Assembly (NCBI GenBank): GCA_964465735.1
Contig: CAYXKT010000010.1
Coordinates: 2,925-34,924, forward strand
Reading direction: 5' to 3'
DNA: 32,000 nucleotides
Source: an uncultured bacterium
GTDB taxonomy: Bacteria > Auribacterota > Erginobacteria > Erginobacterales > Erginobacteraceae
Made by a program: the position numbers and the translations under genes. Below are positions 18,311-25,427 of this stretch, one piece after another (the stretch's first letter is position 1; every line of letters starts with the position of its first letter). Below the pieces are notes generated by a model. It was not told the DNA's origin. It saw only the letters and a list, made by a program, of their open reading frames with translations, and ran no database searches.

Positions 18311-20412
18311 TATTTCTTGGCGTTCTCCCCCGCCTCGTCCTGGAAGTGGGGGACGGTAACCAGTCCGTCGTGGGAAAGCTTGCGGATAACGGCGATAATT
18401 TCGTGTTGGGCGGACAGGGTCTTACTGGACAGCTTGCGCAGCACATCCATAATCTCTTCCTGGGCCTCGACCGCCCGGGAGTGGGGGATACCCCCCATCA
18501 CCGTCAGGTCTTCTTTGAGCATCGCCCCCGCCCGTTCGGTCAGGCCGGTAAAGAACTTGGTCTGGACTTCTTCCGACGAACCCCGCAACGCCATCTTTAA
18601 AGTGGTCCGTTCCACGGTCCGAAAAATTTCGTCGATAATCGATTGATCGACGGCCAGCATTGCTTCATTGAAGGGGAGTTCCTTCCCCTCTTCCTCAATC
18701 TGGACCTTTTTGACCGATTCCATATCTTCTTTCAGGCGGGAGCGGCCCTTGTCGGTCATATTTTTCATAAACTTCGAGCGGACATCTTCGGGGGCGTCAA
18801 CCAAAGCGGCACCCAGGACTTCGATATTCAAGTTGTGGATCAAGGTCTCCACATCCTTGTCCTGAAGAGTCTTGATGTCTTCGAAGAGGAACATCCGTTT
18901 TCTGACGTCGGTAGCCATCGCCGGATTATTGCTATCCATCTTCTCCAGCAGGACCTTGGCCATCGCGTAGCGGCTGGAGGAGAGCATATCCGCCAGGACC
19001 CGGACCCCGGTCACCGGCTGATAATCTTTCCTCAAGCGGACAATCTTCAGTTTTCTCTCGAGGAAGTCCTTGATCTCGTCGGCCATATCCTCTTCCTCGG
19101 TCAACTGAGTCATTGCTCGAGCCATCTCGAACTGCTTCTCCTCGTCGAGAGCCTCAAAGACCGAGGCCGACGTCTGGGCGTCGAGCTGGGAGAGGACCGC
19201 CGCCGCTAATTTCGGCTCCTCGTCCTTGATCAGAAGGATGATATCCTCCGGATCAGTGGTCTTGATGTATTTAAATGGCTGCTCAACCAGGCTGGGGGAT
19301 CGTTCCAACTGCTGGCTCATCAGTTCCTCGAGGTTGCCCAGGACCTGGATCACCTGCCCTCCACCCCCCCCGAAACCTCCGTCTCCGGAGGGCGCGGCGG
19401 CCGCGGCCGCCGCCGGCGGTGCTCCGGGAGCGGCCGCCGGAGCACCGGGTACACCCGGCGCGCCGCCGCCGCCCAATCCGCGTCTCCGCTGTTCATCGAG
19501 CAGATCGGAAAGGGTGTCTCTCATTTCGGTCAGCAGGACGTCGGATTCCTGGGCGGGGCTGCTTAAAAGATCCCGGATCTCTTCGAGGATCCCGACATCG
19601 ATCCTCCCTCCGCCGGACCCGCTCCCGACCTGCATTTCCATCAGTTCCTTGATCCCGGTCAGGGTGGCCTCCCGGGTATCGCTGGAGATCCCGGAGAGGG
19701 CCTTCTTCAGTTCTTCCAACTCCGCCTGCCGCTGCTTTCGCTCTTCTTCTGAGAGATGCATCCCGCCGGCGGCCGCGACACCGCTCTCGGGGCTGCCGGC
19801 CTTGACCTTCCGCATCGGAAAGTAGATGGCGGCGATCAGGATTAAAAGGGCAACCAGCGCGAGAATGGAGTAGAGCAGGTAGTTCTGCTGGGCGGCGGAG
19901 GGAGGAGAGAAATCTCCCCACTTCTTGGGGATGACCCGGACCGTATCCCCCCGGGCGGGATTGATCCGGGCCCAGCGGGTGATGGCTTCCTGGATCTGCC
20001 CCGGTTCATCCGGGGTCCCCAGATCCGAAGCCGAGAGTTTTTCATCAGCTTCGACCGTGATGTGGATGCTGGAGATTTGGGCGAACATCCCCCGACTGGC
20101 CGGCAGGGCCTGCTCTCTTTGTTCGGTCGTCGGGATCCGGACCCCCGGCAGTCGCTCCAGGACCCGGGCTGTGTCAGGATCCTGGAGGTCGAAACGATCG
20201 GAGAGGGTGACTTCCACACTGACAATACTCCGGTGGGGGCCAAGCATTGTGTTAAGATTATTCTGTAGAGAGGCTTCCAGGGCGGAGGCGATCTGGGTGG
20301 CGTCGCCCCGCTGGATGGTCTGGGCCCCGGTGGCCGGGATCAAAAGGAAAAAGCATAGGACCGGGAGAAAAATGTTCCCGGAGTTTCGGCTGAAGAAAGT
20401 TATCCTTGCCAT
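18310..20412 (-). CDS. Single-chain FliF(C-terminal, RBM3-like)-TM-linker-FliG fusion protein, 700 aa
   Basis: Signal peptide MARITFFSRNSGNIFLPVLCFFLLIPATGAQ. FliF C-terminal-like ALEASLQNNLNTMLGPHRSIVSVEVTLSDRF...ITVEADEKLSASDL...INPARGDTVRVIPKKW, then TM NYLLYSILALVALLILIAAIYFP. Gly/Ala/Pro linker, then FliG-like EEPKLAAAVLSQLDAQTSASVFEAL...GVRVLADMLSS...VRKRMFLFEDI...ALRGSSEEVQTKFFTGLTERAGAMLKEDL...SRAVEAQEEIMDVLRKL. Confidence 0.88.
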   Translation of the reverse strand: MARITFFSRNSGNIFLPVLCFFLLIPATGAQTIQRGDATQIASALEASLQNNLNTMLGPHRSIVSVEVTLSDRFDLQDPDTARVLERLPGVRIPTTEQREQALPASRGMFAQISSIHITVEADEKLSASDLGTPDEPGQIQEAITRWARINPARGDTVRVIPKKWGDFSPPSAAQQNYLLYSILALVALLILIAAIYFPMRKVKAGSPESGVAAAGGMHLSEEERKQRQAELEELKKALSGISSDTREATLTGIKELMEMQVGSGSGGGRIDVGILEEIRDLLSSPAQESDVLLTEMRDTLSDLLDEQRRRGLGGGGAPGVPGAPAAAPGAPPAAAAAAAPSGDGGFGGGGGQVIQVLGNLEELMSQQLERSPSLVEQPFKYIKTTDPEDIILLIKDEEPKLAAAVLSQLDAQTSASVFEALDEEKQFEMARAMTQLTEEEDMADEIKDFLERKLKIVRLRKDYQPVTGVRVLADMLSSSRYAMAKVLLEKMDSNNPAMATDVRKRMFLFEDIKTLQDKDVETLIHNLNIEVLGAALVDAPEDVRSKFMKNMTDKGRSRLKEDMESVKKVQIEEEGKELPFNEAMLAVDQSIIDEIFRTVERTTLKMALRGSSEEVQTKFFTGLTERAGAMLKEDLTVMGGIPHSRAVEAQEEIMDVLRKLSSKTLSAQHEIIAVIRKLSHDGLVTVPHFQDEAGENAKK

Positions 20413-21246
20413 TTATTCTGCCTCGTACTCAGGGGTGGCTTCCGGTTCCTCGACTTCTCCCCCGGTAAACTCATCTTCACTGACCGGAGAAGTATTCTCC
20501 GCCAGTTCCGGGTAACGGGGGACGAGGAGGACCATCCCCGGATAGATCAAGTCGGGGAGGAAGATCTGGTCCCGGTTGGCGTGATAGAGCAGAAGCCAGC
20601 GATAAGGGTCGTTATAGATCTCCTCACGGCCGGCGATCTTCCAGAGATTGTCATCTCTTCTGACCATATAAGTATATGTCGCGGCCCGCTCCACCGCCAT
20701 CCCCGACGGGGCCGGTCCAGGGGCAACCGCTCCATCCCCGATCCAGGCGGTGGCGGGTGGAGGCGCCATCTCTAATTCCTCGATCTGGAATTCCAGGGCC
20801 TCGATCTTCAGCGCCCGGTCATCGGCGATTTTTCGCAGGGAGGCCGCCTCTTCAGTCAGTCGGTCCCTTTCCCGGCGGAGGTGTTCGTTGGCGGCCACTT
20901 CATTGAGGAGTTCCTCCCGGATCTCCCGGCAGTCCTCTGAGGCAATTAAAAACTCCTCCCGGTCGATCTTCCGAGCCGGTCGGCGGCGGGTGAATTCATC
21001 GGACCGCGGGTTGATGAAGATATAACCCCGGTTTCCCCAATCCCGGACCGTCTCTCCCCCGTAGATTCCCGGTTGGGGACTGTAGGGATAATCGATTACC
21101 CCGGTGGTCCGACCCGATTTCTTCCAGACACTCTCCAATCCCGTGCGGTCGATATTTATCGACGACTGTCCGTGCAGCTGGGGGGGGGATAAAAATCCGG
21201 AGAAAAGGAAGATGGAAATTATGATTTCGAAGGATGTCTTGAGCAT
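20413..21246 (-). CDS. Secreted coiled-coil protein with C-terminal LysM domain
   Basis: Signal peptide MLKTSFEIIISIFLFSGFLSPPQLHG. Coiled coil REIREELLNEVAANEHLRRERDRLTEEAASLRKIADDRALKIEALEFQIEELE. LysM YTYMVRRDDNLWKIAGREEIYNDPYRWLLLYHANRDQIFLPDLIYPGMVLLVP. Confidence 0.8.
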   Translation of the reverse strand: MLKTSFEIIISIFLFSGFLSPPQLHGQSSINIDRTGLESVWKKSGRTTGVIDYPYSPQPGIYGGETVRDWGNRGYIFINPRSDEFTRRRPARKIDREEFLIASEDCREIREELLNEVAANEHLRRERDRLTEEAASLRKIADDRALKIEALEFQIEELEMAPPPATAWIGDGAVAPGPAPSGMAVERAATYTYMVRRDDNLWKIAGREEIYNDPYRWLLLYHANRDQIFLPDLIYPGMVLLVPRYPELAENTSPVSEDEFTGGEVEEPEATPEYEAE

Positions 21247-21342
21247 TGCCTGAAGCCTCCCCGATACTCCAATAATTTAAGTAGTGGAGGGGGGCAGGAT
21301 ATCGCTCCCTGTTCCGCTACCTGATGCCATCTCTAATTGTGT

Positions 21343-21371
21343 AATCTACATAAATCGGAATGTATTGTAAA
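21343..21371 (-). promoter_or_regulatory. Candidate sigma70-type promoter for the minus-strand motor operon
   Basis: On the minus strand: TTTACA - 17 nt - TAGATT, about 97 nt upstream of the LysM protein start. Confidence 0.4.
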
Positions 21372-21404
21372 GAGAACTTTTTTGCTGTTCAGCCGGGGAG
21401 CGAT

Positions 21405-21433
21405 TTGACAATCAAGAGAAAATTTGGTATTGT
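21405..21433 (+). promoter_or_regulatory. Candidate sigma70-type promoter for the 21518 CDS
   Basis: TTGACA (21405-21410) - 17 nt - TATTGT (21428-21433), within the divergent intergenic region. Confidence 0.55.
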
Positions 21434-21517
21434 CGGCTTGTCTGATATTCCGGCTCAGAAGATCAAAACCGGCCTCCCCTTTCTTCACCAAAATAGCATA
21501 ACACTACTGGACCGAAG

Positions 21518-22552
21518 ATGGAAAGAAAAAGTTTCGTCCGGATTTCCCTTCATCTGCTCTGGGGGATCTTGATCATAGTAGTTCTCCTCCTGTTTTTTCG
21601 GGAACGGTTGGGCCACCTGCCCGGTTTTTTCCGGCGACTGAAAAGGGAGCCCCAGGCCCTGGTCTCGGTCTTCAAGCCTCGGGAGATGGCCGGGGTCAGT
21701 TTCTCCTTCGCTGATCCGGAGGACCGGGCCGTCTGGAAGACCTCGGGATCCCGGCTGGAGGCCGTCCCCGCTTTCTTCGGGGCGGATGAAACCTGGGGTC
21801 GGGTTACCTATCAGCCTTCCGGTTCCCCGGGTTTGCTTTTGACCGATGAGACAATGGGGGTGATGGACTGGCGGGGGGCGGAGAGTCTCTCCTTCTCCGT
21901 CTATAACCCCCAGACCTGGTCGATCAACCTCAAGATCAAGGTCAAGGATACCTCCGGCCACAGTTTCCAGAGTGAACAGGAGATCCCTCCTCGGGTCCGG
22001 ACTGTGGTCACCATCCCGGTCCGGGATATCGCTTCCCGGCTTGATCTGAGCCGGGTCGGCTACCTGAATATCTTCCTCTGGGATCCGACTACCGCCACAG
22101 ATCTGTATCTGATTGACTTCGCCTTCCCCGCCCCTGGCCGGCCCTCTGTCCCTTCCGGCCTGGTCAAATTTATGGGGCTACAGTTTCCCTCCGTGCTTCG
22201 GCCGGGAGAGGAGGTTGAAGCAGTCTTTTATTTTCTCCCCAGTCGTCCGCTTGCCGCCGACAGTGTTCTTCTGATCCGGCTCCGCCGGGGCGAGGAGCTC
22301 TTCTCCCTGGTCCGGGTTGATCCGCCCACCCCGACCAGCCGCTGGCGACCCGGACGGTTGGCCAAGGTCGGGCCGTTCCCGGTGGAGATCCCCGCCGATC
22401 TCCATCCCGGCCGCTACGATCTGGAGGCGATCCTGGCCCAGCCGCTTTCCAGCGCCCGGGGCGAGGAGCTGGTCTTTCAGCCCTACCAGAACCCGGAAAT
22501 TCTTGGTTTCAAGGTCTCGGAAATAAATGTGACCGGTGAGGGAGGGATGTGA
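21518..22552 (+). CDS. Membrane-anchored extracytoplasmic protein of unknown function; predicted all-beta N-terminal domain plus C-terminal 'YxNPEI' domain
   Basis: N-terminal TM ISLHLLWGILIIVVLLLFF. FSFADPEDRAVWK...LSFSVYNPQTWSINLKIKVKD segment, then a domain ending YQNPEILGFKVSEINV that recurs in the 22802 CDS. Confidence 0.7.
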   Translation: MERKSFVRISLHLLWGILIIVVLLLFFRERLGHLPGFFRRLKREPQALVSVFKPREMAGVSFSFADPEDRAVWKTSGSRLEAVPAFFGADETWGRVTYQPSGSPGLLLTDETMGVMDWRGAESLSFSVYNPQTWSINLKIKVKDTSGHSFQSEQEIPPRVRTVVTIPVRDIASRLDLSRVGYLNIFLWDPTTATDLYLIDFAFPAPGRPSVPSGLVKFMGLQFPSVLRPGEEVEAVFYFLPSRPLAADSVLLIRLRRGEELFSLVRVDPPTPTSRWRPGRLAKVGPFPVEIPADLHPGRYDLEAILAQPLSSARGEELVFQPYQNPEILGFKVSEINVTGEGGM

Positions 22553-22614
22553 TACATTTTACCCTGGCGGGGACAGAATGAATATCCGACAAGAAACATC
22601 CAATGAAGAAGGGG

Positions 22615-22640
22615 AGACGGTCCGCTCTGCGGGACCGTCT
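22615..22640 (+). other. Perfect 9-bp stem / 8-nt loop hairpin downstream of the 21518 CDS
   Basis: AGACGGTCC-gctctgcg-GGACCGTCT. No T-tract follows. Confidence 0.6.
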
Positions 22641-22664
22641 GGTTATCTCCGCCGTCTTGATTAT

Positions 22665-22774
22665 TTGACAGAAATAGTGGGTGACAATCTGTCAGTGTGA
22701 GCTATAGATTTTAGCCGCGAGTTAAGTGTGGCGGGAAGTAGTCTCAATTTATTGACAGGCAGATAAGCTGTCAG
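22665..22774 (+). promoter_or_regulatory. Two TTGACAG...CTGTCAG inverted-repeat pairs upstream of the 22802 CDS (candidate operators)
   Basis: TTGACAG 22665-22671 / CTGTCAG 22689-22695 (17-nt spacer), and TTGACAG 22752-22758 / CTGTCAG 22768-22774 (9-nt spacer). Confidence 0.45.
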
Positions 22775-22801
22775 AACACCGGAAAAACCGAGGATAAAGT
22801 T

Positions 22802-24289
22802 ATGAAAAAAACCGTCTCTTCTGCCGCCCTTTTTGCCGCGTTTCTTTCTCTCTTCTCCCTCCCCGCGCTTTTTGGGCAGGGATATGGCTCTTATCGGACC
22901 GAGGTCCGGGAAGGTGATCCGAGACTGCAACTGGTCAGTTTCAGTCTCCCGACCGAGATCCCCCAGGGAGAACTGATCAGCGGCAGCCTCTTCTTCAAGG
23001 CGACCCGGCCCCTGGAAGAGAACCTGAAAGTATTTTTTCATCTGGTCCGCCCCGGCCAAACCAAGACCGTCCTCAACGGCGACTTCTCTCCTCCCAACTC
23101 CACCCGGCTCTGGGATGTCAACCAGGTGGTGGAGGCGGGTCCTTTCGAACTGTCGGTCCCCTTTAACCTGGAGCCGGGCGAATACGATATCCGGGCCGGA
23201 CTGCTCCAGATTGTTCGGGAGGAGGATCTGGTCCGCTATATCCGGGAGCCATACCTCAACCCGGAGATTGAAAATTTTATTATCGGCCGGCTGACGGTCC
23301 AGGGGACGGAGAGGGCCGATCTCTCGGGTCCCTCTGAGCTTGATCTGATCGCCTTCGACAACGAGGAGGAGATCATCTTCTGGGAGGCCTCGGGGGCGAA
23401 GATGGAGTTTGCCGGCTACTCCGAGGAAGGGGAAGAGACGGTCTCCGCCGTCCGGGCTACCATCCTCCCCGGGATTGTTGAGTACCCGGGGGTGAGTCTG
23501 CAGAATTTTTTTAATCTCTTGCCCGCTCGGTCCGACTGGTCACTTTACGATACTCTCCGTCTCCACCTCTCTCTTCCGCCGGGAGACTCGGCCGGTCAGC
23601 TGCGGCTTTTGATTGAAGACCGGGCCGGGCGGCGTTATGAGTCCAACATAACCGTCTCCCCGGGCCGGACCAAGCGGCTCAATCTCTCCACGGTCGATCT
23701 CAGCGGTTCGATCAATGTCTCCGCGATCCGCCGAATGAAGCTTTACCGGGTCAACCCGACCTCAGCTTTCACCTTCTACATCTCCCACCTCCAGCTGATC
23801 TCCCGGGGCCAGCCGACCGGGAAACCGGCGTTGACTTTTGTTCGGATGGAGGCGCCCGATCAGGTCCGGCGGGGCCGCCCCTTCCAGATCCGGTTCTTCT
23901 TCAGCATCGACCAGCCGATCTTCCAGAGTCATAAGCTCTTTACTCACATCTACCGGGTCAACGATATGGCCGGGAAGGCCACCTCGGATATCTCTCTTCC
24001 CCAGCCGATCCGGAACTGGCGGCTGGGCGAGGAGATAGCGGTTGATTCCGGCCCCCTGATGATCTCCACTGATGGCCCCCCCGGAACCTATGTGGTTCGG
24101 GCCGGGCTTTATGTCGTCGCCGACAGCTCCGGCCGGGGCTATGTCAAGGTCGATGACTGGTTGGCCTATGACAGCAGCCAGGAGGTGATCAACATTATCC
24201 AGCCGGATGGACCGGTCGATTACATCAAGCAGCCCTATACCAACTCCGATATCCAGAACTGGGAGGTGGGGACGATCACGGTCGAATGA
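22802..24289 (+). CDS. Secreted protein of unknown function with two 'YxNPEI' domains flanking a beta-rich domain
   Basis: Signal peptide MKKTVSSAALFAAFLSLFSLPALFG. Domain ends YLNPEIENFIIGRLTVQ and YTNSDIQNWEVGTITVE match the end of the 21518 product. Confidence 0.75.
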   Translation: MKKTVSSAALFAAFLSLFSLPALFGQGYGSYRTEVREGDPRLQLVSFSLPTEIPQGELISGSLFFKATRPLEENLKVFFHLVRPGQTKTVLNGDFSPPNSTRLWDVNQVVEAGPFELSVPFNLEPGEYDIRAGLLQIVREEDLVRYIREPYLNPEIENFIIGRLTVQGTERADLSGPSELDLIAFDNEEEIIFWEASGAKMEFAGYSEEGEETVSAVRATILPGIVEYPGVSLQNFFNLLPARSDWSLYDTLRLHLSLPPGDSAGQLRLLIEDRAGRRYESNITVSPGRTKRLNLSTVDLSGSINVSAIRRMKLYRVNPTSAFTFYISHLQLISRGQPTGKPALTFVRMEAPDQVRRGRPFQIRFFFSIDQPIFQSHKLFTHIYRVNDMAGKATSDISLPQPIRNWRLGEEIAVDSGPLMISTDGPPGTYVVRAGLYVVADSSGRGYVKVDDWLAYDSSQEVINIIQPDGPVDYIKQPYTNSDIQNWEVGTITVE

Positions 24290-25143
24290 GCCGCCGGGGG
24301 CGAAAGGTCCTGTGGCTTGGGGTCATAATCGGCGGCTCGGTGACTGTTGTCGGTTGGTTTCTTCTCTTTGTCGCCCTGGTTCTGGAGCCGAACTGGGTCA
24401 CCGTGGACCGGGTGGTGATCGAGGACGAGCGGCTCTCCGGCCCCCTGGCCGGGATGAAGATCGTCCAGATCTCCGATCTTCACCTGGAAGGCAGCCTGGG
24501 GTTCCGGGAAAAGGAATTGGTCCGGAAACTCAATCGACTTTCTCCTGATATTATCCTGATCACCGGCGATCTGGTAGAAGCCGCGGCGCCGGAGTTGGTG
24601 GAGCAGCTGGTGAAAGAGTTCCGTCCCCGGATCTGGACTTATGCCATCCTCGGCAACTCCGACCGGATTTATCTCCAGCGGGAGGGACTGGCGCGGCGGT
24701 GGAAGAAGTCCGGTCTTTCTCTGGTCGGGGGCAAATGCCTTCCGATGGCTGGAGAGAGAGCGGAGATATTCTGGCTGGCCGGGATTGATTTTCCCGGCTA
24801 CGAGGTTCCCGGGGTGGAGGCGGAGATTGATCGCATCCTGAGCGAATTTCCCGCCGGCTCTCCCCTGGTCTTTCTCTCTTACGACCCCGATCTGGCCCCG
24901 CTCCTGATCGAGAAAGGCGCCGACCTGGTGCTTTCCGGGGATACTCACGGGGGTTTGATCGGTCTTCCCGGCTGGCCGGCGATCTTTCACCGGTATTTCG
25001 GCCGGTCGAAATATATCCGGGGACTTTATCCGGTAGCTGGTGGGATTCTTTATGTTAACCGGGGGATCGCCCCCAAGGGGCTTCCGGTCCGTTTTCTCTG
25101 TCCGCCGGAGATAACCCTCTTCGAGTTTCGGCCGGTCGGATGA
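24286..25143 (+). CDS. Membrane-anchored calcineurin-like metallophosphoesterase (YkuE/YaeI-like)
   Basis: MKIVQISDLHLEG, DIILITGDLVEAA, YAILGNSD, LVLSGDTHGGLIGLP metal-binding motifs after an N-terminal TM. Confidence 0.9.
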   Translation: MSRRGRKVLWLGVIIGGSVTVVGWFLLFVALVLEPNWVTVDRVVIEDERLSGPLAGMKIVQISDLHLEGSLGFREKELVRKLNRLSPDIILITGDLVEAAAPELVEQLVKEFRPRIWTYAILGNSDRIYLQREGLARRWKKSGLSLVGGKCLPMAGERAEIFWLAGIDFPGYEVPGVEAEIDRILSEFPAGSPLVFLSYDPDLAPLLIEKGADLVLSGDTHGGLIGLPGWPAIFHRYFGRSKYIRGLYPVAGGILYVNRGIAPKGLPVRFLCPPEITLFEFRPVG

Positions 25144-25246
25144 GCGGGGCGGCAATCGGAAAGCTTTCCCGGTAATCACGGTCAGGCAGTCCCCAAACTC
25201 GGTCCGTCATTATAGTCTCTGAACGGAAAACCCGAAAACCAGGTCT

Positions 25247-25360
25247 GATTGCGAGGAGGGACGAGGAATTTATCTGTTTGGTTTGAGATGAGATTGCTTG
25301 GTCACTTCGTTGCTCGCACTGACAAATTCTCCGTGATAACAGGTTTCCGTTCAGACACTG
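25247..25360 (+). repeat. Copy 2 of the dispersed, decayed intergenic repeat (REP/MITE-like)
   Basis: GCTTGGTCACTTC exact match (25296-25308), then GACAAAT and CAGGTTT spaced as in copy 1. Remnant inverted arms GATTGCGAGGAG... / ...GCTCGCACTGACA. Confidence 0.65.
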
Positions 25361-25427
25361 TTTAAAGAGGATCGCGATGTGACAATGCCGGTTCCGGATC
25401 CCTTGGGGCGGAATCAAGGATAGAGAT

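Noticed and set aside
19357-19483. GC-rich repetitive-looking stretch considered as a CRISPR or tandem DNA repeat
   Set aside because: In frame it encodes a Gly/Ala/Pro linker with no regular repeat-spacer structure; it is best explained as a protein hinge.
22615-22640. Rho-independent terminator call
   Set aside because: The stem is perfect but no T-run follows; kept only as an unassigned hairpin.
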